Below are positions 25,235 to 35,127 of a DNA stretch of 64,000 bases, piece by piece. Made by a program: the position numbers and the translations under genes. This DNA is from Candidatus Parcubacteria bacterium. Lineage in GTDB: Bacteria > Patescibacteriota > Minisyncoccia > Phycocordibacterales > CAIZLB01. The notes beneath the pieces were generated by a model that ran no database searches, was not told where the DNA came from, and saw only the letters and a program-made list of their open reading frames with translations. Position 1 is the first letter of the stretch; each line of letters begins with the position of its first letter. Where the stretch lies: assembly GCA_039795775.1 (NCBI GenBank), contig JBDKLC010000006.1:3772-67771 (forward strand), in the 5' to 3' direction.

Positions 25235-26164
25235 TTACACCTTGAGATATTTCTTCACGGCGAGATAACTTGATACCGCACCAAGGAAAAGTCCGGCACC
25301 TGTCACGATAAGGAAGAGCTGACCAAAGTTACCGCCATAGTATTCGAAGAGGTTGAGACCTGTTCCCATTTTGAGTGTGAGCGGACCAATCCAATACGTG
25401 AACGGATAGAGCAAGATAAGCGTCACGAGCGCAGACACAAATCCATACATGAGACCTACTGTTACGAATGGACCTCGAATAAATGCTTCACTGGCACCCA
25501 CGAGTCGCATCACAGCAATTTCTTCTCGGAAGATATAAATAGCCAGTCGGATCGTGTTGAATGTAATAAGCACAGATACAAGAACGAAGAATCCAATTAC
25601 AATCGCACCGAGTCGTCGAGACGCATCAATGATTCGTGAAAGAGCATCAATGGCCTGCTTGTTTTGTGTGTAGTTGATTCGATCAATTACTTTTACGTTG
25701 TTTGCTGCATCAGAATCAATTCGTGTCTGAAGATAATTTACGATTTGTTCGTACTGAGAAGGATCTTTTGCTCGCACGTTGAGGTTGGCACCAAGAGGGT
25801 TTTCACTGAGCTCGTCGAGTGCAGAAAGTGTGAGTGAGTCACTTACATGTCGTTCTCGAAACTGCTTGAGGGCATCTTCTCGAGATGTATATCCGATAAG
25901 TGCTACCTGTGGCAATGTCTGAAGTGTTCGCTGCAATTCTCGCACATCGTCTTCCGTCGCTGATTTTACAAAGTACACGTTGATATCTACTTTATCTTTG
26001 ATACCTTCGAGTGTTGATCCAAGAAGCGCACCGATAAACATAACCGAAGCAATTACTGAAAGAGTCACAGTCATCACAAGTACAGACGCAAGCGATACAT
26101 ATCCGTTTCGCCAGAAACTGACAAACCCAGCTCGCACTACTCGTTTTATTTTAGTCCAGAACAT
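25235..26164 (-). CDS. ftsX: Cell division permease FtsX
   Basis: SFWRNG..SLASV, ENPLGA, ITFNTIRLAIY..REEIAVMRLVGAS..FIRGPF. Confidence 0.93.
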   Translation of the reverse strand: MFWTKIKRVVRAGFVSFWRNGYVSLASVLVMTVTLSVIASVMFIGALLGSTLEGIKDKVDINVYFVKSATEDDVRELQRTLQTLPQVALIGYTSREDALKQFRERHVSDSLTLSALDELSENPLGANLNVRAKDPSQYEQIVNYLQTRIDSDAANNVKVIDRINYTQNKQAIDALSRIIDASRRLGAIVIGFFVLVSVLITFNTIRLAIYIFREEIAVMRLVGASEAFIRGPFVTVGLMYGFVSALVTLILLYPFTYWIGPLTLKMGTGLNLFEYYGGNFGQLFLIVTGAGLFLGAVSSYLAVKKYLKV

Positions 26165-26190
26165 AATGGTCGTTTAATTATTTGAAATAG

Positions 26191-26871
26191 CTATAAATGA
26201 TACTTTCCTTCTGCACTGTCTTCGATGATTCGACCATTTTTCATTGAAATAACTCGCTTACCCAAGTTCTCAATCACGCCAACGTTGTGAGTAGTGAGGA
26301 GAATTGTTGTTCCGAGATCATTGATCTTTTTCAAGATCTGAATGATTTCGTAGGTGTTGGCTGGATCAAGGTTGCCTGTTGGTTCATCGGCAATGATGAA
26401 ATCAGGCTGGTTGACGATGGCTCGTGCGATAGCAACACGCTGCTTCTCACCTCCAGAAAGCTGGTGTGGGAAGTTGTGCATTTTTCGGCCGAGGTCTACG
26501 AGCTCGAGGACATGTGGCACATCAGAGGCGATTTCTTCGTCTGATCGTCCAGCTGCTTCCATAGCGAAAGCAACGTTTTCGTAGGCAGTCTTATCTGGCA
26601 AAAGTCGGAAGTCCTGAAATACTGTACCGATTCGTCGTCGGTACTGATTCATTTCTTTTCGTCGGAGCGAATGGATATCTGTATCTTCGAAGAATACGAT
26701 TCCTTCTGTTGGCTCTTCTTCAGCCAAGATCATTTTGAGTAAGGTTGTTTTGCCGGCACCAGAGTGACCAACAATAGAGACGAATTCCCGTGGCTTGATG
26801 TTCATTGAGATGTTATCAAGAGCGAGTGAATTGTCTTTGTATAATTTTGTAACTTTATCAAATAAGAGCAT
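26191..26871 (-). CDS. ftsE: Cell division ATP-binding protein FtsE
   Basis: [35 protein letters not shown]; adjacent to ftsX; start at 26871. Confidence 0.93.
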   Translation of the reverse strand: MLLFDKVTKLYKDNSLALDNISMNIKPREFVSIVGHSGAGKTTLLKMILAEEEPTEGIVFFEDTDIHSLRRKEMNQYRRRIGTVFQDFRLLPDKTAYENVAFAMEAAGRSDEEIASDVPHVLELVDLGRKMHNFPHQLSGGEKQRVAIARAIVNQPDFIIADEPTGNLDPANTYEIIQILKKINDLGTTILLTTHNVGVIENLGKRVISMKNGRIIEDSAEGKYHL

Positions 26872-26910
26872 GAATACAGTATATAAAGATACGCCAAAAG
26901 GCACAACCAC

Positions 26911-26937
26911 AAAAAAGCCTCTTAGTAGAGGCTTTTT
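26911..26937 (-). terminator. Terminator hairpin
   Basis: AAAAAAGCCTCT-TAGT-AGAGGCTTTTT. Confidence 0.75.
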
Positions 26938-26965
26938 ACAGATATATTGAGGGTCGTAACCACTA

Positions 26966-27184
26966 CTACGGGGTTACATAACATCGGTGGGCGATAAGTT
27001 CTGATCGTGCTTGTTCAGGAGAATAGTTCTGTGAACGAATATTTGTACATACCCATCTATCGTGCTGTATAAAAAAATCCAAAACAGAGCGTCCAGATGG
27101 TGTTATCAACATCCATACACCGATTGCGATGCAAAGAAGAACAATGCCTACAATCACTTTATTTTTGTTATTGTTTGATTTCAT
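26966..27184 (-). CDS. Small membrane-anchored hypothetical protein
   Basis: Basic N-terminus, one TM, two Cys in the C-terminal domain; follows prfB closely. Confidence 0.6.
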   Translation of the reverse strand: MKSNNNKNKVIVGIVLLCIAIGVWMLITPSGRSVLDFFIQHDRWVCTNIRSQNYSPEQARSELIAHRCYVTP

Positions 27185-27191
27185 ATACGGT

Positions 27192-28094
27192 TTAAAGATT
27201 TTTTTCAGCTTCGATAAATTCGTCTATGTCCCCGTTCAACACTTTATCTATATTTCCTGTCTCCATGTCTGTTCGATGATCTTTGACCATCTTGTATGGG
27301 TGCATGACATACGAACGAATTTGATTTCCCCATTCGATGTCGGTTGTTTTACTAATATACATTCCCTTCTCTTTTGCAGCTCGTTCTTGTTCACGGAGTG
27401 TATAAATTTTTGCTTTCAAAATTGCGAGAGCTTTTTCTTTGTTCTGAGCTTGTGATCGTTCGGCTGTGGCGTGCACTGACAGTTTTGTTGGCTTATGCAC
27501 AATGCGGACGGCTGTCTCACGTTTGTTCACGTTCTGGCCTCCTGGACCTCCGGCTCGCGCAAATGAAATTTCGAGTTCGTCTTCTGGGATCTCAAGATCA
27601 TCCTGTTTTTCAAACTTAGGTACAACTTCTACCATCGAGAATGATGTGTGACGAAGCTGCTTTGAGTTGAATGGAGAAAGTCGTACAAGTCGATGTACAC
27701 CGGATTCATGTTTGAGTGTTCCATACACGTTTTTACCTGACACTTCAAACATAATATTTCGAAAACCACCATGATCATTTTGATGTTCATGAATGATAGC
27801 AGCTCCCCACCCTCGTTTTGCAATGTACTTTGAATACATTTCAAAAAGGATCCGTGAGAAGTCTTCTGAATCATCACCTCCCGCTCCAGAGAAAATAGTG
27901 ATGATAGCTCCTCCTGCATCGTAAGGACCGCCGCCATCCTTGCGTGCTTTAAGCTCCTGAAGTTCTTTGATGGCTGCCTGAGCTGCATCTTTATTATTCC
28001 AAAAATCAGCCTCAAGCATCCGCGCTTCAATTTCCTCGATGCGCTGTTCTATTTCGTTTTTCTTGCCTTCTTTAGGTTCTTGAGTGTCTGTCAT
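27192..28094 (-). CDS. prfB: Peptide chain release factor 2 with shortened N-terminal domain
   Basis: ESGVHRLVRLSPF (SPF), GGPGGQNVNK (GGQ), WGNQIRSYVMHPY. Confidence 0.92.
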   Translation of the reverse strand: MTDTQEPKEGKKNEIEQRIEEIEARMLEADFWNNKDAAQAAIKELQELKARKDGGGPYDAGGAIITIFSGAGGDDSEDFSRILFEMYSKYIAKRGWGAAIIHEHQNDHGGFRNIMFEVSGKNVYGTLKHESGVHRLVRLSPFNSKQLRHTSFSMVEVVPKFEKQDDLEIPEDELEISFARAGGPGGQNVNKRETAVRIVHKPTKLSVHATAERSQAQNKEKALAILKAKIYTLREQERAAKEKGMYISKTTDIEWGNQIRSYVMHPYKMVKDHRTDMETGNIDKVLNGDIDEFIEAEKNL

Positions 28095-28118
28095 AAATAA
28101 AATCGAGAGATTATAGTC

Positions 28119-28577
28119 TTATCTTAGCTTACGTGGGTCCATTTTTCCAACAAGGTCCTCTATGGCTTTTTCGAGGTCAGTTTCCGATCCGCTATTTTCA
28201 ATAGTATAGTCAGCTGCATCGATCACCTCACTTGCAACGTTTTTATCTTTTCTTTCACTTTCATTTTCTCGCTTCAAAAACTCTTCTTTTGTAAGATTTT
28301 CAATAAATCCCCGTTTTTGTGTCCATCGAGTAAACCGCACTTGATCAATAGTCTTAATATAAATAAGTACAAAGTTCGCATGCTCTCTAAAATATTCAAT
28401 GTCAGCAAATCGCTGGATGTCTTCCACAATCGCTGATCGTTCTTCTTCTGCAAGAATTTCTTCTCTTTTTGTCTGACCAAGAGAATATCTAAACAGCTTT
28501 AACTTTTCTGACAAAAGTTTTGCAGCTGTTGTTTTTCCAGACGCAGAAAGACCACACACTCCAATGATGTTTTTCAC
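28119..28577 (-). CDS. P-loop nucleotide kinase (dephospho-CoA kinase-like)
   Basis: IIGVCGLSASGKTT, RFTR, ADYTIENSG; probable GTG start at 28577. Confidence 0.7.
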   Translation of the reverse strand: MKNIIGVCGLSASGKTTAAKLLSEKLKLFRYSLGQTKREEILAEEERSAIVEDIQRFADIEYFREHANFVLIYIKTIDQVRFTRWTQKRGFIENLTKEEFLKRENESERKDKNVASEVIDAADYTIENSGSETDLEKAIEDLVGKMDPRKLR

Positions 28578-28783
28578 CCGACCTAGTGCATGTGCTTTTG
28601 AATAAAACATAAATAATTTTTTTCCGTGCGAATATGAATTTGAATGTGAAAATGTGAATCTGGTGATAATATGACCCAAGTTTGTACCTAGTTAAAAGTA
28701 TGAATAATTCCTACTTTTTACTGGGTAGCTGTGCATATTATTTTTTACATATTAATTTACTGGCTCGTCACAAACTAGTTGCT

Positions 28784-29260
28784 CTAGTTACTCACCTTCG
28801 CAATCCCAATATTTTTAAGAAAAACTTCGAACTTTTTGAGCATTTCTTCATGATATGTTTTTGCTTCGTTTGCGAGACTTGAAATCTTATCGTGAAGTGT
28901 TCCCTCTCCAATACCTTCTACAAGTGCCCAGTGCACAATCGCTGCCCCCTCAAAAAAGCCAGACCATTCAGACAACTCAGCTGCGTTATCCCATTGGTCT
29001 TTAACATACATGTCTCGCATAGCTCGAAGCTTGTCAGCTGTCGCAGCTGCTTTAGCTTCAGTAACAGAAGCAACACCATACTCTTCTGCCATTACCATAA
29101 TTGATCGTTCGTGCTGGTTATTTCGTTCTGACCACAGCGCCATCTCTTCTTCTGACAAAATCATACCGAAACCAGCTCGTCCCTTCTGGAGAGTCTCATT
29201 ACTGACCTGCGCAAACGCCAATACTTCCCCTAACTTTTTTGCTGAAAATTCGTTTAACAT
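28784..29260 (-). CDS. Hypothetical all-alpha protein, possibly a ferritin-like bundle
   Basis: Helical pattern with spaced E/H residues (NQHE, FFEGAAIVHW, YHEE). Confidence 0.5.
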   Translation of the reverse strand: MLNEFSAKKLGEVLAFAQVSNETLQKGRAGFGMILSEEEMALWSERNNQHERSIMVMAEEYGVASVTEAKAAATADKLRAMRDMYVKDQWDNAAELSEWSGFFEGAAIVHWALVEGIGEGTLHDKISSLANEAKTYHEEMLKKFEVFLKNIGIAKVSN

Positions 29261-29337
29261 ATGTTGAAGATTAATGTACCCGCATCATACCGTATAGACA
29301 GAGCCAACAGCAAGGGCGTATGGACCAGCACTTACGG

Positions 29338-31896
29338 CTAACTTAAGACGATACTCTTCATTATTTGAAGTATAACCGGCTTAAGGAGCTCGAAGTTTTC
29401 TATGTCGTTGTTATATTCAATATGGTATACCTGCTTCTTATACACGAATTCAGACACTTCTGACTTTTGAGTGATATATGTTAGACCGTTATCATAAGTC
29501 ACCAACTTTTTTGTCACATACACATTGGCAGTATTTCCAACAACGGGTCCTCTGTACTGTAAAATCACCTCTGTATCAGCGTCCTTTTTTTGCTTAAATT
29601 GTTCATCTAAGATTGATAAATTACCTCCTGATGAATCATTAAATATATGTATAAAAAGCGACGGAGTAAGATGCCTTTTTTCCTTTACTACAGGTGCAGC
29701 AATCAAAATAGCTTTAGAGTAAGCACTTTGAATATACGTACTAAGTTCCCAACCTGGAGGGTATACGAAACTAATCGGATGTACAGAATCTTTATACGAT
29801 TTTGGGTCTGATATTGTAACCTCAGTTGGTGTTTCATCTATTGTCTTAATTTCATTTGGTTTTGAAGAATAACTCAACTGATCAGTTATCACTCTCGATA
29901 GAATTGCAACAGTTATAAATATCCAATAGGCGTTTAATCCTATAAATCTTCCTGCTCCTTGATATACAAGACCAACTCCATAGTTACTTGCAGCAATTTT
30001 TGAAACATCGTCTTTTACTTTTTGAAGATCAGCTTCTTTGATAAATCGAGATTGCTTTGGGATAAATTCAGATACAACGTTTATAGTTCTGAACGAAGCT
30101 TTTTTTGTATTTTCAAATCGGAAATACTCGTTGTCTATCTTTGTATTTTTCAGCGTTTCTTTTTCGTTTCGTGCAATAAACAAATCTGATGTGATTTTGA
30201 GTGTTCGTCGAGCAGGAAATGCAAAGAAACTATCACATGGTGCGTCTTTAAAACTAAACTGTTTTATAGGATCAACATTTATTTGATAGTAAAACTTAAA
30301 TACTTTATATTTCGAAATAGTTTGGTATGGGCTTACAATCGATGTCTTGTATTCAACAACAAGTTCATTCTTTTTCTTATCATCAGATACAATAATGTAC
30401 GATGTATCTTTGAATAGTTGTTTTAAGTCTTTATCTTCTGTATATGACAATAAAGAAAATACTCTATTATTTTCATATTGAAGTAATTCTTCCTTACTAT
30501 TTCTTTTAAACTCGAGGCGTATTGCATCAGCAGACTCTCTACGATATGTAGAGACTGTATGTATTGTCCCCTCTGTCTTTTTTAGAACAATATCTGTATG
30601 TTGTTCTACATTTAACCCTGTTTCTTTTCTTTTATCCTTATACTTCAAATCAGAGTCTTTTTCTATAACAAGATAGTACGAGAAAAATGGTTCTGATCGA
30701 TATTCGAGCTGGCCATACTTTTCTGATTGTGTTGGATCAACAAAATAATATGATTCATTGTGTTTAATTCGCACAATAGCGTGATTGAATACAAATGGAG
30801 ATGGCAAACACAGAGACAAAAAGTAATCAGACTGATAATTTACCCAGACAATATCAGCATGTACACCTATAGACTTGAGCAAATCTACAAGGGCTTGAGA
30901 CGTAGCTTTGCAGTCTCCTGATTTATCTTGGATAGTTTTAGATGTCCGTTGAGGAATATGACGATGCATGACATACGCATCGTATAAATAGACAACATCA
31001 TTTTGTACAAACTCAATACATTTTTGAATTTTGTCATCTATAGATTCCTGAGGATTGCTCAAGTTGAGCATCGCGTACTCCTTTGTATCTACAAAATCAT
31101 CATTTACCCCATCTTTCTCGTGTAATTCATATACATCTCGAGCAATATCTTTCCATGTCGTTGTCGTTGAGATACTAATCCATGGCACATACTCATCTTT
31201 TTTGTATTCTACTTGAGTAGACTGAAGACTATACTCAAACGTGTTTCCTTTTTTTAGAAAAGTATGCGGCTCAGCAATGACAACTCCCTTTTCATCTCGA
31301 AAAAAGTTCTTTGCCACAGTGAGTTCCTCTTCTCGTTCGTTTGTACACGAGAAATAAAACTGCTTAAAATATCCAGCACCAGCTGGGAGGAACCTATTAT
31401 GATTGAAATACTTTTTATCTATATAATGGTCGTCAGTAAAATCGGTTGTAAGAGTAGACTCAACAACAATACTATCGTGTAGGCGAATATCATTTACAGT
31501 ACAGTGAACTTTCTTTGAGTTATGAATAGACCCAAATCGTGAATCTTTTTCATCATCAAAGACACGCACAACACAATCTTCTGATTTATCGATAATTTCA
31601 CCGTTTCGAACAACGAGAAGTTTGTGTATTTTTAAAGATTGGTTATCTAACAATACAAATTCTTGTATAGATTCTTGCTGTAAAATCTCTGGACTCGTAA
31701 GTCCTCGTATAGATACTGTATACGACTCGTTATTTTTATTTGTTGTCTTGATACATTCTTTATACATGTAGTACAAAGACTTACCTGCAAATTTAAGTTC
31801 CTTCGTTGCTTCTGTATCAACAACCAAATTTAAAATATCTTCATTCGATAATGCAAAGATACGAGACGATGCTTCAGAAAAAATATTGTGTTTCAT
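29338..31896 (-). CDS. DUF3857/transglutaminase-like protein with a TM helix and a C-terminal PsbP-like domain
   Basis: GDCKA, FNHAIV and FVDPT give a Cys-His-Asp triad; TM AYWIFITVAILS; then YKDSVHPISFVYPPGW. Confidence 0.75.
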   Translation of the reverse strand: MKHNIFSEASSRIFALSNEDILNLVVDTEATKELKFAGKSLYYMYKECIKTTNKNNESYTVSIRGLTSPEILQQESIQEFVLLDNQSLKIHKLLVVRNGEIIDKSEDCVVRVFDDEKDSRFGSIHNSKKVHCTVNDIRLHDSIVVESTLTTDFTDDHYIDKKYFNHNRFLPAGAGYFKQFYFSCTNEREEELTVAKNFFRDEKGVVIAEPHTFLKKGNTFEYSLQSTQVEYKKDEYVPWISISTTTTWKDIARDVYELHEKDGVNDDFVDTKEYAMLNLSNPQESIDDKIQKCIEFVQNDVVYLYDAYVMHRHIPQRTSKTIQDKSGDCKATSQALVDLLKSIGVHADIVWVNYQSDYFLSLCLPSPFVFNHAIVRIKHNESYYFVDPTQSEKYGQLEYRSEPFFSYYLVIEKDSDLKYKDKRKETGLNVEQHTDIVLKKTEGTIHTVSTYRRESADAIRLEFKRNSKEELLQYENNRVFSLLSYTEDKDLKQLFKDTSYIIVSDDKKKNELVVEYKTSIVSPYQTISKYKVFKFYYQINVDPIKQFSFKDAPCDSFFAFPARRTLKITSDLFIARNEKETLKNTKIDNEYFRFENTKKASFRTINVVSEFIPKQSRFIKEADLQKVKDDVSKIAASNYGVGLVYQGAGRFIGLNAYWIFITVAILSRVITDQLSYSSKPNEIKTIDETPTEVTISDPKSYKDSVHPISFVYPPGWELSTYIQSAYSKAILIAAPVVKEKRHLTPSLFIHIFNDSSGGNLSILDEQFKQKKDADTEVILQYRGPVVGNTANVYVTKKLVTYDNGLTYITQKSEVSEFVYKKQVYHIEYNNDIENFELLKPVILQIMKSIVLS

Positions 31897-31920
31897 TATG
31901 TTGTGTCTTTTTTATACAAG

Positions 31921-31993
31921 AGCCAATGACCAGGATTGAACTGGCGACCTCGCCCTTACCAAGGACGTGCTCTACCAACTGAGCTACATTGGC
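31921..31993 (-). tRNA. tRNA-Thr(GGU), CCA not encoded
   Basis: GCCAATGTAGCTCAGTTGGTAGAGCACGTCCTT-GGT-AAGGGCGAGGTCGCCAGTTCAATCCTGGTCATTGGCT. Confidence 0.95.
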
Positions 31994-32002
31994 GTCTTGG
32001 CA

Positions 32003-33181
32003 TCATACCGTATATCCCAAATTGGCAGCAAGGGCTTTGAGTTGCTCTGCCGGATCAGTCACCGCGTGCAAGAAGTGCTGCACTTCATCGTATCGATCCA
32101 TTGCCGCTACAACATTGGCGTCAAACTTGTTATACATGTCAGAAAGAGTTTGTTTAATTTGATCTGCTTTTGGACTCGAATTAATAATTTCATTCGAAGC
32201 TATAATCTCTGCAAAGTTAATTTTTTGCCACAAAAAGAATTGCACTTGGGAACGAATCCATGAAGACATATCTGCAACAATCTCTACTTTTCGAGAATCT
32301 GGTATCTGATCTATACCTTTTGCCAACTCATATCGTGTAAGGTCTCGAGTTTCTTGATATTCAGCATTTCCTTTTTGTAACACGTCTGTTTCATCTACAA
32401 CTCCACTATAAGCAAGGTCACCAAGTGCCACAGAAAGCGCAGGGAGAGAACTTTTTGGTGTGAGATGTTTCTGATAAAAACGGAAAGCTTTATTTCCTTC
32501 TTCGAGATACGGTTTCAAATCATCAATTCCAATTTCTCTATCTGAAGCTATTACTTTTATATCAGAAGGAACTGCTTTAGGTTCTACGGCTGGATATGTA
32601 GCACCTATAGCTTCGACTATGCCATCTTTGACGTGCTGATTGTATACCTCACCGTTAGGATCAATCCGCGAAACGATTTCAATTGTTTCGTTGGCGCTTG
32701 CTCGTTCGTTCCCTACTGGTTCAGGACCAATACCTGTCGGTTGTCCTTCAGAGAATTGTCGTGGCCATAATTGCTGTGGCACTTCTCCCGGAGCAAATCC
32801 TCGAAATCGCATTCTATTTCCGTATGCAGGATTTTTAATAAGACCAGTTGAGCTAGGCAAATCGAGATATCTGTTTGCGATTGATATGTAGTTGATCACA
32901 ACATCGTGACCTCGCGCTGTTGTATGTCGAATGACATCATCATCTTCTGTTACAAGTAGTGGATCAACCTCCTTGATAGCATCAAGCGTACGTTTTGACC
33001 TCTCATCTACTTCATATGAATGTGTAGGATTATGAAATTCTTCTGTAGAAAACCGTTCATGTAGCCGTCGATCAAGTTCTATATCTACTGCACCAATAAT
33101 CTCTCCACGTCGTCCCTCTTGGTTTTCTAGCGTAAGGCCATTTGGCGTTGATTCAGTTTGTGCGGATTCATGAGAGACCAT
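32003..33181 (-). CDS. HD-superfamily phosphohydrolase-like protein
   Basis: FHNPTH...ARGHDVV...NERASA...ALGDL. Confidence 0.55.
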   Translation of the reverse strand: MVSHESAQTESTPNGLTLENQEGRRGEIIGAVDIELDRRLHERFSTEEFHNPTHSYEVDERSKRTLDAIKEVDPLLVTEDDDVIRHTTARGHDVVINYISIANRYLDLPSSTGLIKNPAYGNRMRFRGFAPGEVPQQLWPRQFSEGQPTGIGPEPVGNERASANETIEIVSRIDPNGEVYNQHVKDGIVEAIGATYPAVEPKAVPSDIKVIASDREIGIDDLKPYLEEGNKAFRFYQKHLTPKSSLPALSVALGDLAYSGVVDETDVLQKGNAEYQETRDLTRYELAKGIDQIPDSRKVEIVADMSSWIRSQVQFFLWQKINFAEIIASNEIINSSPKADQIKQTLSDMYNKFDANVVAAMDRYDEVQHFLHAVTDPAEQLKALAANLGYTV

Positions 33182-33227
33182 ATATGTGTATAGCTATGAA
33201 ATAACATACATTATACCCTTGGGCACT

Positions 33228-33872
33228 TTATTGCACCAACTCGTGATCGTCTTTGAAAAGTCTATCCAATACACCGTGGATGATGTTTGAACTTGCTGGC
33301 AAAATGTTGAAAATGATAGCAATTGTAAAGAGGACGATAGAAATCGATGTATTCCAGTAACTAAGCAAAATAGAGAGACATGCTGCAAATACAGGGAAAA
33401 TGATTCGAATATACCCACTTCGACGGTCGGCATGAGTGATAGGAGCTTTTTCGATGTGGTTGTTTTTTTCAATATGAATTCTCATGGCAAGAAGTGTAAG
33501 GCCGATTACAATGATGTTGATACCGTACACAAAGATAGCTACATGTGTCGAACTATAGTGACCGAGAAGATCTGCAGAAAATGGTACAAGTGTAATGAAC
33601 AAAAAGAAAAGCGCGTTGTAGTTTGCAAGACCTACACTAAGCGTCTTTGCATACACTGATGTAAGAAAATGGTGAGCTCGCCAATATGTAAAAAGAAGAG
33701 CAAACGTCAAAATAAAAATAAGAAGTGATGGTGCTACGTGAGAAAGTGCCTGCAACAACGAAATGTCATTCACTTCACCTAAAAGTACAGGGATTTTTAA
33801 TTCAAATGCGAGCAAAGTCATAATGATGGCAAAGATTCCATCTGCCAATCCATCGAGGCGTTGTTGTTTCAT
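33228..33872 (-). CDS. TMEM175/DUF1211 family K+ channel-like protein
   Basis: RLDGLADGIFAIIMTLL, YWRAHH, FLFFITLVPFS. Confidence 0.85.
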   Translation of the reverse strand: MKQQRLDGLADGIFAIIMTLLAFELKIPVLLGEVNDISLLQALSHVAPSLLIFILTFALLFTYWRAHHFLTSVYAKTLSVGLANYNALFFLFITLVPFSADLLGHYSSTHVAIFVYGINIIVIGLTLLAMRIHIEKNNHIEKAPITHADRRSGYIRIIFPVFAACLSILLSYWNTSISIVLFTIAIIFNILPASSNIIHGVLDRLFKDDHELVQ

Positions 33873-33890
33873 GAAATTATTTTATCACAA

Positions 33891-35123
33891 TTATACTATT
33901 TCGTGAGGCTTCTGCTGAAGTTTTCTGAGCGCTCGTCTTTTTTTATAGAGTTTAAAGTTATTTACAATAGTAGCAATACCAACTACAGCAAACGGAATAA
34001 GGACGGTGATATATCGGTTGATATCGATGCGGCTAAGTTCAGCCCTATATATAATTACAATAAATACAACTGACGCCACACCGAGAATTTTCAAATATCT
34101 ATTTCCAAAGAAAAGTCCAAGGATTCCGATTATAGTAAGTGCAGACCAAACGATGATCCCAGATGCAGGATCGACAAGTGAAGAAAAGACAAAGTTCTGA
34201 TTAGCAACAATACTGCTTATGCCGCCTTGGAAAAGAGCAACATCGAACGGGTTACCAAATCGCCAGAAGTTATATCCAAGAAGAACAATACCTGGAACTG
34301 CAACACCAAGAAGAAGTGCCGGGAGTTTTCTTCGACTCGGCGTGCAGAGTAGTCCAATACTAACTACCGCCAGAAGAATCACGCATTCAAGACGTGTAAG
34401 AACAAGAAATCCCATACCCAAACCTGCGAAGAATGCCGATGTAGATGGAATCTCCATATATGAGCGTGTATACCAATACACGAAAACAGCAGATAAGCCT
34501 ACAGCAGTAAGTGTTGCATATATAGGTGTCTGTATCACTGCCATAAGGAGTGCTGGTGATGTAAGTACCATAAGTGTCACAATGACTTGTGCATTCACTT
34601 CTTGATATATATGTTTCAGTGTCCCAAGCATTGTTTTGAGACCAACGAATAAGAAAAGATAACTCGTAAAGAGAAGTGCGAAGATAATGACCCAATCATA
34701 CTTCCCTCTATAGTCACCTATATAGAAATTTTTGAAGAAAATATCATGTACAAAATGCTGACGAAGTGGAAAACCAATCTGCATTTGTTGCTCGTTTGAA
34801 ACATCAAGAGTTGCAGCACCATCAAATGGCATATCAATATCTAGAGTCACTATTCTCGGTTCTATAAATGTTGAGACAAGATAGTATGTTGGTAGTGCAA
34901 GTAGTGGATATCCAGGTGACCGTTCGTTTTCTAACGACAGGTTTGGAACAATACTCACTTCATCTGGATCAACGATATTTTTTAGAGTTGAATAATAATC
35001 TACAGAATCGTTAGTAATATTTGCTGTTGCAAAAAAGCCAATAGCTCCGAGCAGAGCCACACAGAGAAGTATATATACCCATGTCCATCGTTTTGTAGGT
35101 GGAGGTACAGCAGTAGGATTCAT
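33891..35123 (-). CDS. Polytopic membrane protein, probably a GT-C-type glycosyltransferase
   Basis: DSVDY after TM1, RSPGYPLL, LVLTR, YNFWRFGNPF, late RY motif. Confidence 0.6.
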   Translation of the reverse strand: MNPTAVPPPTKRWTWVYILLCVALLGAIGFFATANITNDSVDYYSTLKNIVDPDEVSIVPNLSLENERSPGYPLLALPTYYLVSTFIEPRIVTLDIDMPFDGAATLDVSNEQQMQIGFPLRQHFVHDIFFKNFYIGDYRGKYDWVIIFALLFTSYLFLFVGLKTMLGTLKHIYQEVNAQVIVTLMVLTSPALLMAVIQTPIYATLTAVGLSAVFVYWYTRSYMEIPSTSAFFAGLGMGFLVLTRLECVILLAVVSIGLLCTPSRRKLPALLLGVAVPGIVLLGYNFWRFGNPFDVALFQGGISSIVANQNFVFSSLVDPASGIIVWSALTIIGILGLFFGNRYLKILGVASVVFIVIIYRAELSRIDINRYITVLIPFAVVGIATIVNNFKLYKKRRALRKLQQKPHEIV

Positions 35124-35127
35124 ACCC

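Noticed and set aside
27192-28094. UGA recoding (genetic code 25), or prfB as a pseudogene
   Set aside because: RF2 retains SPF and GGQ in an intact ORF, and conserved genes are full length under code 11.
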